DNA from: Eledone cirrhosa
Taxonomy: Eukaryota
NCBI GenBank assembly: GCA_964016885.1
Contig: OZ024744.1
Location: 67,580,001 to 67,644,000 of the forward strand
DNA: 64,000 nucleotides
Reading direction: 5' to 3'
Shown here: positions 1 to 10,686 of the stretch, piece after piece
Numbering within the stretch: the stretch's first letter is position 1
Layout of the letters: each line of letters opens with the position of its first letter
Made by a program: the position numbers and the translations under genes
The notes under the pieces: generated by a model
What the model was told of the DNA's origin: nothing
Database searches by the model: none
What the model saw: only the letters and a program-made list of their open reading frames with translations

Positions 1-440
1 ACCCTTTAGCTGTTTAGCATTTAAACCAGCCGTACCCAGCCAGAATTCTTTCACCTCTTTCTGTTCAAACCAGCTGTAACTAGCTACTCATACTGATGCT
101 AAGGTATTGTTCTCAAAGTAAATAATATCAAAATCTCATAGATTCAATAGATTCAATATTATGTGAGATAAAGCCTTTACCATGAAAATACAATAGTATA
201 TATAGAGTAATGTAAATGATAAAGGGTTAACATTTAAACAAGCCCTTTCTGGCCACAATTCTCTCATGTTTTTTCTTTTCAAACTGACCATAATTAGCCA
301 CTCATACTTATGTTAAGGTATTGTTCTCAAAATAAATAATATCAAAATCTCATAGATTCGATATTATGTGCGATAATTGTGTGAGATAAAGCCTTTACAA
401 TAAAAATACAATAGTATATATAGAGTAATGTAAATTCTAA
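1..440. mobile_element. piggyBac-like MITE (CCCTTT...AAAGGG TTAA) plus adjacent partial tandem copy
   Basis: Window opens with ACCCTTTAG and the unit ends AAAGGGTTAA at ~221-230. 231-440 repeats the interior. Related pieces at ~22186-22260 (TTAACCCTTTAGC), 26700-26810 and 28100-28240 (reverse). Confidence 0.5.
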
Positions 441-624
441 ATCTCCCTTAAATCACAACCACTTTCTTAAAAAAAATGTAGTCCTAGAAAAAGCATGTCT
501 GGAAAAAAATTAAGGGGATGGTCATGGGTGTCTGTGTTTGCTTGTGACAATGCTCTAATGATTCTGCCAATCCACTGCCTTTCATATGGTCAAAATAAAA
601 GACTTTCAGGTATATTAGATATTA

Positions 625-1258
625 TAGCAGACATGGGACTAGGTGATAAAAGTTGATCTCACCCAATTGCACCTCTCAAAGACGATGGCACAGGACGGAA
701 ATCTCTGGTGTTACGCAGAAATACAGATGACCCAAATTCGCACGTGTACAGGCCGTACCTGAAGCATATATATGGTATGCACCACCCCACCCACTCCCAT
801 ACATTTCCCATGAGGACAGGCTGAAGTTACATCCAGTGAAGCCTCTAGCCCACACTGTAAAGTGATCGTGTTGGCGACACGACAAAAAGTGCTCTACTTA
901 CACTGTAAAGTAGTTGTGTAGGTGTCATGGCAAAAAGCACCCAGTCCACACTGTAAAACGGCCATGTAGGTGATATGAGAAAAAGCACCCACAGTCCACA
1001 CTGTAAAGTGGTCGTGTATGGCAAAAGCACCCAGTCCACACTGTTAAGTGGTTGTGTAGGCGTCATGGCAAAAAGCACCCAGGGCTCACTGTAACTGAGG
1101 TTGGCGTTAGGAAGAGCATCCAGCTGTAGAAATCAAGCCAAAATCAGTTCTGTATGAGTAAGACATGGTCACCTGACCTGACATTGCTTACAATGGGATA
1201 ACTCGTGTAACCGATGCCAGCATGGAAGAATTGATGTTAAATGGTGATGATGATGATG
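625..1258 (+). mobile_element. RTE LINE 3' fragment (ORF end, 3'UTR with ~40-bp internal repeats, (GAT)n tail)
   Basis: Similar to 25650-26164 of the long RTE copy. Contains AAAAAGCACCCAGTCCACACTGTAAAGTGG repeats and GGAAG(A/G)GCATCCAGCTGTAGAAA, and ends TGATGATGATG. Confidence 0.75.
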
Positions 1259-1525
1259 CGAGTTGCATGCAAGTTGCATGCAGCCCGTTTGGCTTTCTGA
1301 TTGGCATGTCTTATTTCAAAATTGCCTTGAATTATTTAGTAATGCAACACGTCTTATGATTAACCACATCCTAAACAGCCCACTGTCAGAAAAGAACTGC
1401 CTATACCTGCTTTATAGTTTTAGTTGAGTAACAAGAGTGTGATGAGTTTCTGGTTTTGTGTCCTGAAATTATATCAGATTATTTCAGCCCAACAGAAAAA
1501 TATATTTTGTGGGGATTATATTTTT

Positions 1526-1534
1526 GTGTGTGCA

Positions 1535-1569
<35 letters not shown>

Positions 1570-1757
1570 ATCTGTGTGTGTGTGTGTGTGTGTGTTAGTG
1601 TGTATGTGTTATATCTCTGTCTGTGCGTCTGTGTACATGTGTGTATGTGTTAATGTGTCTGTCTGTGTGGGTGGGTGTTTGTGTGCATATGTGTCAGTGT
1701 GGTGTGTGTATGTGCTAGTGTGTGTGTATATATGTTTGTGTCTGCCTATTTGTGTGT
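1526..1757. repeat. (TG)n-rich microsatellite
   Basis: Degenerate TG dinucleotide tract. Confidence 0.9.
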
Positions 1758-1957
1758 AAGGCTGAAATCTAAGTGAGACAGGTATGTCCTTCCTGTTGCA
1801 TGTAGTTTAGAGGTGATTGCAAGTGTGCAAGTACTGTGTGAAAGAAAACAGGGCGGAAGCAAGAACTGTGCATTGTAGAACAACTAAATTGTTAGTATGA
1901 CAAGGATGACTTGATAGCATGCATCATCCTTTTGGCTAATGGTTAAAGGTGCTTGTA

Positions 1958-2125
1958 TTGTCACAAGCAAACACAGACACCCATGACCACCCCCTTGTTT
2001 TTTCCAGACATACTTTTTCAAGGACTACATTCTTTATGTATCTTGGTTTCTAAGAAGACGGTTGTGATTTAAGAGAGATCTGGCTGCTATTTCATGCAGT
2101 TTGAGTGACCACATAGATGCTCCTA
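1958..2125. repeat. Dispersed repeat, inverted relative to the copy at ~440-550
   Basis: TTGTCACAAGCAAACACAGACACCCATGACCA is the reverse complement of 520-550. A further partial copy lies at ~11255-11335. Confidence 0.6.
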
Positions 2126-2899
2126 CATTGAGTTCTCTGTGCAGAGTTATGCCCCTTGCCTATAATGCGAAACTACACAATAGATCGAAATTAATTACCT
2201 CCCTTAGACTTGTTATAGTTATAATATAGCATCTATAATATAGCATCTATAGTTAAAATATATTGATACACCCACCCTTCGGATACCCTGGTATTATCAA
2301 ATCCCGCCGAGGTCAACTTTGCCTTTCATCCTTACGGGGTCGCACTGTAATGCACTGGGTAATTGTTGGCCTTGTGCCAATAGTAGAAACAATTATATTT
2401 CCCTTCTCTTTGAACCTCGATTCCTAGTTCAACCACGCCAGGATGGAAAGAAATATGCATGCCATAATGCATGACCAGCGTCACTCATAAATTCCCTGTT
2501 TCCTTTCACCCTCTCCCTCAGCAAGCAATATGCAGTGTATCGCTCTTAGCCCTACCTCCGCCCCACCCTACAGACCTGTCACTGCCAGCCTAGCCTGGCT
2601 GAGGACACAAGTGTCTTGATATTGGAATTGTTAGTGCTGGTTTCAAAATAAAATACACTCAGCCAATGCCACAAAAAAGCACAGTTGCTTAACAAAAGAG
2701 GATGGTAATGTTGGTAATATGATAAAATATTTCTAGCACATGCTGTGATGTGGTTGGCGTCAGGAAGGGCATCCAGTCGTATAAAGCATGCCAAAAATGT
2801 AATGTATCTACGTGATGCAATTAGCTGTTATATCTGGCCTCAGAACGAAACAACTCATCTAATCTATGCAAACATGGAAAATAGGTGTGCGTATATATT

Positions 2900-2932
<33 letters not shown>

Positions 2933-2937
<5 letters not shown>

Positions 2938-3570
2938 GACAAACTTTTTCATATGTGGCCCATTTGCAGCGCCGCAGCTCCATTATTATCATATTTACAC
3001 ATATATTTTTTCCTCCACTGCCACCAGTCTGTTTCGTTCTTTGTGTCTTTACCCTTTCTAGCAGTCTCTCTCTCTGTTAGCCTCTTCCTCACCTTTCACT
3101 CACTCACTCTCTGTCACTACCTCTCCTCCTCCCCTTTCTTCCCGTTTGACCTGTCCGTAATCCTTTTCTCGCGGGCACTTGGCCAAGCTGGTATGAAATT
3201 TTTTTTTTCTCTCTCTCTCGTCTGCGACTTCACAGAACTTATGTTTACCGAATTCGCAGACCAGACCCCTTCTTCCTCCCTTTAGACCTGTGCGAAATTC
3301 CTTCCTTGCTCACATTTCAACCAGGTTTGATGGTCTTTATTCTCTCGTTCACGATTCCACCGAATTTATATTCATAGAAATCTGGGACTTGTTTCCTTCT
3401 TCATCACTTTCTGCTGCTTAAACCATTTTGTTTGTTTACCCTAGCGTCCCCTTTATTTACGTGTCCCAACGACTTTTTTTTAGCCGTTGCTCGCACCAAC
3501 CTGAGGTATATGGCCTTTAATGCGACCAAATGCCTACGACGGTTGGATGGCCACTGATGAGGACAAACTT

Positions 3571-3578
<8 letters not shown>
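2933..3578 (+). mobile_element. Non-coding retrozyme-like / PLE-derived element, 624-bp unit with 22-nt terminal redundancy
   Basis: ATGAGGACAAACTTTTTCATAT at 2933-2954 and 3557-3578. Flanked on both sides by (TA)n. Related to 14169-15046. Confidence 0.6.
3462..3565 (+). ncRNA. Candidate permuted/pseudoknotted hammerhead-like ribozyme (subfamily A; GAAA reads CAAA)
   Basis: Pairings TGTCC/GGACA, TCGCA/TGCGA, CCAACC/GGTTGG, AGGTAT/ATGCCT and TGGCC/GGCCA, with CTGATGA at 3554-3560. Covaries with 14374-14474. Confidence 0.5.
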
Positions 3579-3611
<33 letters not shown>

Positions 3612-3615
<4 letters not shown>

Positions 3616-3850
3616 ATTAAATAAATGGAAACTAAATCTATAAAACCATATTTATTTCATTATATATATTTCAGGGATAACATATTAACAATATGCTATG
3701 CCTTCCTCAGACAAAATACAATATAAACAGTTTTATAGATAAATAGATTCGACATACCGTAACAACATCTACTTGCATTTGTCGAGTGCTTTTATATCAG
3801 TTATAAATATTTACTAGTTGTAACACAACAATTTTAAATATAACTTTCCA
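3612..3850 (-). mobile_element. PLE pseudo-LTR fragment (rearranged)
   Basis: Homologous to 17514-17790 and 38793-39290. The 3765-3850 part is inverted relative to 3612-3760. Flanked by (TA)n. Confidence 0.65.
3653..3720 (-). ncRNA. Minimal type I hammerhead ribozyme
   Basis: Minus strand: TATTTTGT CTGAGGA AGG-CATAGCATAT..ATATGTTAT-CCCT GAAA TATATA TA ATGAAATA. Confidence 0.7.
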
Positions 3851-3915
3851 TATATATATATATATATAACATACATAACAGGAGGCTGGACTGGTGTAAA
3901 TCCTTGAAAGGTTTA

Positions 3916-3978
3916 TTATACTATGATCATTTCAATGACCGGGTTCAGTATGAATCCGGTGATATCATCAGGTATTCA
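3916..3978 (-). ncRNA. Minimal type I hammerhead ribozyme (palindromic stem III TGATCA)
   Basis: Minus strand: ATAC CTGATGA T-ATCACCGGATTCA-TAC-TGAACCCGGTCAT-T GAAA TGATCA TA GTAT, followed by AATAAA. Confidence 0.65.
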
Positions 3979-4088
3979 AAATATAACAAAGGAATATAAC
4001 AGATAAAATCCATGGGGCTGAAAATCAGAGACAGGAGGACGACCGACTATTTAGCAGCTTCTACCTCAGTCGGCTGCCCTCGAGTCCT

Positions 4089-4150
4089 GAATACCTGATG
4101 ATATCACCGGATTCATACTGAACCCGGTCAATGAAATTATCATAGTATAA
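4089..4150 (+). ncRNA. Minimal type I hammerhead ribozyme (inverted copy; stem III TTATCA)
   Basis: ATAC CTGATGA ...ACCGG..CCGGT.. GAAA TTATCA TA GTAT. Confidence 0.55.
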
Positions 4151-4356
4151 TAAACCTTTCAAGGATTTACACCAGTCCAGCCTCCTGTTATTTTATAATA
4201 ATTAACTCCGTACTCGCACCACCAACTACACAAACGAAGACGGGTGAGCTGCATTACGTGGAGCACTCTCCATAATATTACATCGAGATTGACCATACGG
4301 AATGACCAGTTCTATCCAGTGGTGAACCAACAAACCTATATATATATATATATATA

Positions 4357-4700
4357 TGGTTTAGTGGTTAGAGCATTGGCCTTGCAATTAAAAGGTTGTG
4401 AGTTCAATTCTCAGACCGGGTGATGTGTTGTTTCCTTGAGCAAGACACTTTATTTCACATTGCTCCAGTTTACTCAGCTGTAGAAATGAGATGATAGGGA
4501 CTGGGGTCCTTATCATTCCACTGCAAAGTGGTCGTGGAGGTGCCACGGTAAAAAAGCACCCAGCACTCACTGTAAATGAGGTTGGTGTTAGGAAGGGCAT
4601 CCAGCTGTAGAAATCAAGCCAGAATCAGTTCCCGTCCCACCCTTGCAAGCAGGGAAAAGTGGACGTAAAATGAAATGATGATGAAATGATGAAATGATGA
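4357..4700 (+). mobile_element. tRNA-derived CORE-type SINE with RTE-like 3' tail
   Basis: A box TGGTTTAGTGG and B box GAGTTCAATTC. CORE-like TCCTTGAGCAAGACACTT..CAGCTGTAGAAATG. Tail shared with RTE 3' ends. Confidence 0.75.
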
Positions 4701-4850
4701 TATATATAACCAAAAGTTAAACAAGGTTCATTGATTAATCAATGAATATAGTTTTACAATAGATTTGAAGCACTCAACAAGTAAAGTTTTCTGGAGTTAT
4801 TAATATTAATTCAAAATATTAATAAATGTAGACATTCACGTAATCAAAAT

Positions 4851-4920
4851 ATATTTTATTATATATATTTCGGAGGTACTGTGCTGTTTTTTCAGTACGT
4901 CCTCGTCAGATAAAATACAT
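4851..4920 (-). ncRNA. Minimal type I hammerhead ribozyme in the 3' pseudo-LTR
   Basis: Minus strand: TATTTTAT CTGACGA GGACGTACTG..CAGTACCTCC GAAA TATATA TA ATAAAATA. Confidence 0.8.
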
Positions 4921-6124
4921 AAATTGATGTGACATACCTCAACTGTGCTGATGGTTCAATTCCAGTCTTGGCAGTGATTAATTACAACAAAACTCAATAT
5001 TTATATACCATAAGTACTAACATGACAAACTAAATATAATGGAGAGGGTGAGTAGGAGAAAGTGTAGAAAAAATAAATACATAAATAAAATAAATAACTA
5101 CATAAACACATAAGTACATAAATGTTAAATATGTAAATATCCGTATTAGAGAAAAAAAACAAATGAGAGAGAGAGAGCTAAATAGAAGAGAAAGGGAAAA
5201 GATAAGGAGATGAAGGTAAAAACAAAAACAAAGAGAAGGAGATAGAGATGGTAGAATATATAACTGCATAGGGAAAAGAAAAAAAGAAGAGAGGGACATT
5301 ATGCATGACCGTTTTTTTTTCAAATATTAAGTCAGGTAGAAGCGATCAATTAAATACCGTGAAATTTTTAATCTATTGTATTTGATAGAAATTATACTAT
5401 TATATTATATCAAAATTAAACAATATACAATAATATAAAATAATATTAAATATTTTTTCAATGATAATCTGGAGCATAGTTAAATTAATAAATACATTCA
5501 ATAATTTAGTCATAAAATTCAAAGTTAGAAACATTATTAGCTAATGCATACAAATATAGTAAATAAATATGAGAGTATTTAACTTAACTTACTTTGATAT
5601 TAGCATCTGTATATGCATTTTATATAGTGTTTAGAAATATAAATATTATAAACAATACTCTTTAAATCAATATTTGTCAATTACATATAGGATTAATTAT
5701 TAGTAATATTTACTCTTGAGAGTATTATTATTTTGATTCAACCAAATCTTACTCTATTCAATACTATAGATCAAGTTAAATACAGATTATTAATCAATTT
5801 GGATAAAACGAAAATTATACACGATAAATGTAAAGAAAAGCTCCGTACGACGTATCTAAACGTTTAAATTAACTAAAAGGTTTGAAAACCTTAAAATATT
5901 ACAGATCTCAAATTTAGAAAATTCAAGACATAAAAAGAGGATTTAAAACCAAACTAAAGGTATTTAGTCAATCAAGAGATTAACATACTCTATAAAAGAA
6001 CTGATATGCATTTCCTAAGGTGAGGTAGAACATTCATAATACCAATAATAACAATAACAACAATAATAGTAGCATTACAAGAATTATTAATAAAAGACAA
6101 TATCTTTTCTCACTCAGTCAATGT

Positions 6125-8460
6125 TTTTTCCTAAATTTATATGATGCTTGAAATGTTCTTGCAGATTTATGGAGGCAATTTGAAAATAACTCACTTTTTT
6201 TATTAATTAAATTATCATAATTAGCAATTATTAATAGAGTCTCTAGATTGCAAAGATTACAGTTAGGTGAGATGGAATTGTTCCGATATGCTTCACAGTT
6301 TCTAAGTTTAATCCAAGAGATTGAGTATTTTATATTTTTCTCTTTTAAAGATTAATTGTGATAATGAAGTAGAAAATGTTTTATCCGGATTAGAAAAAGA
6401 ATGTTTATGATTGGAAAATCTCAGTTTAAAGTTCGATGAAGTTGCACCAATGTAGTTATAAGTAATATTATTATTTGTTTTAATGGTATATTTATATACT
6501 AAATTCTTATCAAGGCAGTTATTTTGTAAAGGGCATTTGGATTTCCTTCTACAGTTACAGTTCGATTTCATGCTCTTTCTATAATCTAAACTATTCGCAT
6601 TATCATTGTTAATATTTGTAGGTGTTCTACTATATGTGCTTAAATTATTGTTATTGTTATTCTCAATAACTATAGTATTATTATTATTATTATTGTTATT
6701 ATCACTAATTATCTATTGGTTAGAACTAAGAATTCTGCTATTTATTTTTGCAATATTTTGAGCCATATTCATAGTTGTTGAGTAAGAAAGTTTAACTGTG
6801 TGTCTGTTGAAGATAGAGTAATATTTATGTGTTCTAGGGAAACATTTACCTAAGGCTTTAAAAAATAAATGTGCTAAAGGTGTTTTAATAGCTAAAGATA
6901 CTGGTAGGGCATACCAAATAATAGATCTAGTTCTAATTTTTTTCACTGATTTATTCTCGAAATTGCTATTTTTATTTATATTTTTATTTCTATTTTTACA
7001 GTAAGTTTTATTTATATTATTCCTATTGTTATGAATATTTTGTTTATATTAAAATTATTATTTTCTACATATTCAATATTATTTTTATATCCTGCTTTAT
7101 GTAACGCTTCATTATAATATCCAGCTTTACTATTTAAATGGATTTGTTAGCAGACAATCTAGTTAAACGTTGTTGAAAAATATTGACTATTGCATTTTTT
7201 AACACATTTAGGATGATTAGAATAAAAACTAACATAATGTAGGTTTTCATTGGATTTATGGAAGGGGTAATATAGGCCTGAGTTTAAATTAAGGGTTTTG
7301 TCTAGGAAGTTAACTATTTGACTGTTATTTCTACTTCTAATTTCAGGTCGTAATTTTTAAAGAATTCTATAATTATTTTCTTTACTCTATTTAATTCACT
7401 ATTGGTATGTTTAACTACAGTAAATAATATATCATCTCTATATAAACCACCTGTAATCTCCGGCAGTTTTCTATTTATCATATTAAGGATAAAAATTCCC
7501 AGAAGATTGGTAACTTGCGCAGAATCGGACGATCCCACAGTAATGTCAAAATTCTTCTGCCTATCAGAACGAGTCCAAAATTCATTATTAAAATTAATCA
7601 AGCTTCGTCTAGCCGTTAAAATCTCCTCACTAGATAGATCAGTGTGTTTATATGTGTATGATAGTGCCTTATTCAAAAGGTTAGGAGTTATTGAGGAGTA
7701 GTAACTCGCTATGTCCATTTGAATAAATTTATGATTTTTCTTATTTTCAATGTTCTTAAACCAATCTATGACTTCACTAGTGCCCTCCTTCCATAAGTTA
7801 AGCCTTGACCTCAATTTTAATGTTGGAAAAATTCTATCTATTATGCTTTTACTAATTATTCCAATGTCTGACTTAGAAGGTTCGATAAGTCTAACAGGCA
7901 AGTCCTCTTCAAAATTTCCTTTATTGTCTTTAAAATTTATCCTCGGTTGCCTTGGTCTGAAAGGTTCGGTCTTTCAATTCCGAGATTGGTGATTATTTCA
8001 AACGCATCATTATCTTCAGCCGGGTCTTTTCTGTAATTCTTTCTCAATTCTTTTAAAATTAAGTCCTTATATTTTGATTTTTCTATCCCATATAAGTTGT
8101 TGGTTTTGTCTGATTTCACTAATATTTTATTTACTGTTTTTATATCAATAATTTGTTCTCTCAGTCTTCCTGGCCTTTATATAGGTTTTTCTTAAATTTT
8201 ATCCTCCTTAGTATATTAAAAATTTCATTTTCAAAATTTTCCAGGAGTTTGTTGTATGTAGGATTTTTCCTGGGTTTAAAGATGTTTTCGAAATTATTGT
8301 TGTTTTTCCTATTTGTTTCTTTTTTCTCAAAATGAAAAGCACACCACCTCAGTCTTCTTATGAAGGAGTTTGCTTGTCCAATGAGATTTCTCAGGTATTC
8401 CTCATTAGATGGTAAAGGTATATCTTTGAGAGATGTAGAGAACCTAAAGAATTCCATCAT
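6125..8460 (-). pseudogene. Frameshifted PLE polyprotein (reverse transcriptase + GIY-YIG endonuclease)
   Basis: Fragments SLKDIPLPS..RRLRW, VRLIEPSKS, MDIASYYSSI, VGSSDSAQV, GLYRDD, CNCRRKSKCPLQNNC, LVY..YIG..FKLRFSNH, and CNLC..INKKSELFSNCLH near 6170-6260. Confidence 0.88.
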
Positions 8461-8658
8461 TTATTAATTGATAATCTATTGTAGAGTAAGCGCTCTACCT
8501 TCAGGGAGCTAAATATGACCAAAAGTTAAACAAGGTTCATTGATTAATCAATGAATATAGTTTTACAATAGATTTGAAGCACTCAACAAGTAAAGTTTTC
8601 TGGAGTTATTAATATTAATTCAAAATATTAATAAATGTAGACATTCACATAATCAAAA

Positions 8659-8730
8659 TATATTTTATTATATATATTTCGGAGGTTCTGTGCTGTTTTT
8701 TTCAGTACGCCCTCATCAGATAAAATACAT
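8659..8730 (-). ncRNA. Minimal type I hammerhead ribozyme in the 5' pseudo-LTR
   Basis: Minus strand CTGATGA GGGCGTACTG..CAGAACCTCC GAAA TATATA TA, with the same stem I as the other copies. Confidence 0.78.
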
Positions 8731-9371
8731 AAATTGATGTGACATACCTCAACTGTGCTGATGGTTCAATTCTAGTCTTGGCAGTGATTAATTACAACAA
8801 AACTCAATATTTATATACCATAAGTACTAACATGACAAACTAAATATAATGGAGAGGGTCAGTAGGAGAAAGTGTAGAAAAAATAAATAAATACATAAAT
8901 AAAATAAATAATTTCACGGTATTTGATTGATCGCTTCTACCTGTCTTAATATTTGGAGAAAAAAAACGGTCACGCATCCTGTCCCTCTCTTCTTTCTTTC
9001 TTTTCCTTATACAGTTATATATTCTACCATCTCTATCTCCCTCTCTTTGTTTTTATCTTCATCTCCTTATCTTTTCCCTTTCTCTTCTATTTAGCTCTCT
9101 CTCTCTCATTTGTTTTTTTTTTCTCTAATACGGATATTTACATATTTAAATATTTAAATATTTAACATTTATGTACTTATGTGTTTAAGTAGTTATTTAT
9201 TTTATTTACGTATTTATTTTTCTACACTTTCTCCTACTCACCCTCTCCATTATATTTAGTTTGTCATGTTAGTACTTATGGTATATAAATATTGAGTTTT
9301 GTTGTAATTAATCACTGCCAAGACTGGAATTGAACCAACAGCACAGTTGAGGTATGTCATACATCAATTTA

Positions 9372-9441
9372 TGTATTTTATCTGATGAGGGCGTACTGAA
9401 AAAACAGCACAGTACCTCCGAAATATATATAATAAAATATA
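9372..9441 (+). ncRNA. Minimal type I hammerhead ribozyme in the inverted pseudo-LTR
   Basis: TATTTTAT CTGATGA GGGCGTACTG AAAAAACAGCA CAGTACCTCC GAAA TATATA TA ATAAAATA. Confidence 0.8.
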
Positions 9442-9569
9442 TTTTGATTACGTGAATGTCTACATTTATTAATATGAATTAATATATATATATATATATC
9501 ACAGAAAAAAAGAGAATCAGTGTTGTGATGAATGGAATTTATTGGACATATTACAATCGTTTCTCTGGC

Positions 9570-9925
9570 CACTTAATGTCTGTTTTTCCATGCTTGCATG
9601 GGTTAGACGGGTTGTTACATTATGAGAGAAGTCAGGTCAGGAGACAACATCTTATTCACATGGATCTGTAGCTTGGTTTCTACGACTGGAGACCCTTCCT
9701 AACACCAACCACGTTACAGTGTAGACTGGGTGCGTTTTATTGGAACACCAAAACGACTATTTTACAGGGTGAACTGGGTGCTTTTTTTGTATCACCAACA
9801 CGACCACGTCACAGGATGGACTGGCTGCTTTTTTGTCATGTCACCAACATGACCACCTTATAGTAACTGAGAGCGTTTAGTTGTGTCACCAGCACGACTA
9901 CCTCACAGGGTTTACTGAGTGACTT
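9570..9925 (-). mobile_element. RTE/SINE 3'-tail fragment with ~40-bp repeats
   Basis: Reverse complement of the GGAAGGGCATCCAG / AAAAAGCACCCAG module. Confidence 0.6.
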
Positions 9926-10229
9926 TTTCATAAAATCCATGCTCAGGGAAAATGTCCTATTTTATGGTAGTCCTGACAAATTATGCTCTTTGCTGGACAA
10001 ATAAAACATGTTAGTACGAAAAGGGAATTTTTATCTATAGGTTAATGATGGAAGCTGTATGATCATTGTTTAGAGAGCTGGTATAGTAATATGGCTGAAG
10101 AAATGTTTCCATTGTTATTGTTGTATTGCATTGTGGTTAAATTTGTGAAAATAATTGGCTTTGTATACCTAGCTGTTAGTAGATATATGAGTAGGGAGGA
10201 ATTCAGTAATACACGAATAAACCTTCATC

Positions 10230-10686
10230 AGTTTCAACAATAGGTGTTTCAGTTGTTTGATCAACCGAGCAGCCTGCTGCTCATGAAATTATTGTGTCAG
10301 TAGCAGACCATTCCACAGACACATATACCCTTAATGTTATTCCCTGGGAGATTCGGCATGATGCAGTGTTTGACAAAGCTGGTCTTTTGAATTACAGGCA
10401 TAGTCCATTTGGTGAGCTTCTAAACTATTTCTATCTAACCAGTTTCACTCACAAGGCATGGTCGGTCAACTGGAGTTTAAGGGAAATGATCTAACCAGTT
10501 TCACTCACAAGGCATGGTCGGTCAACTGGAGTTTAAGGTAAATGATCTAACCAGTTTCACTCACAAGGCATGGTCGGTCAACTGGAGTTTAAGGGAAATG
10601 ACAATTGCCTCCAAGATGTCAAGTAGTGGGATCGAACTCGAAATCTAATGGTTATAAAGTTAACAACTTAACCGTTTGGCCATGCA
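10230..10686 (-). mobile_element. tRNA-derived SINE with internal 56-bp triplication
   Basis: Minus-strand head ATGGCCAAACGGTTAAG..GAGTTCGATCCC. Related copy at ~53270-53490. 56-bp unit at 10435, 10491 and 10547. Confidence 0.6.

Larger units (their letters stand above)
3875..4336. mobile_element. PLE-derived foldback element with ~103-bp inverted arms (3875-3977 / 4089-4191)
   Basis: Near-perfect inverted repeat, each arm with a hammerhead motif. Flanked by (TA)n. Confidence 0.7.
4708..9480 (-). mobile_element. Penelope-like retroelement (probably Naiad-type) with direct and inverted pseudo-LTRs
   Basis: Direct repeats 4708-~5100 and 8518-~8910. 8912-9480 is an inverted copy of ~4815-5365. 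Interior has RT and GIY-YIG ORF remnants. (TA)n flanks. Confidence 0.9.

Noticed and set aside
848-1110. CRISPR-like periodic repeats (also 9700-9925, 30000-30280)
   Set aside because: Units are contiguous degenerate tandem copies without unique spacers, the context is a eukaryotic retroelement 3'UTR, and there are no cas genes.
6125-8460. Selenocysteine-encoding PLE (known for some Naiads)
   Set aside because: The conserved Cys positions I could read are normal Cys codons, the breaks look like frameshifts, and I did not identify a SECIS.
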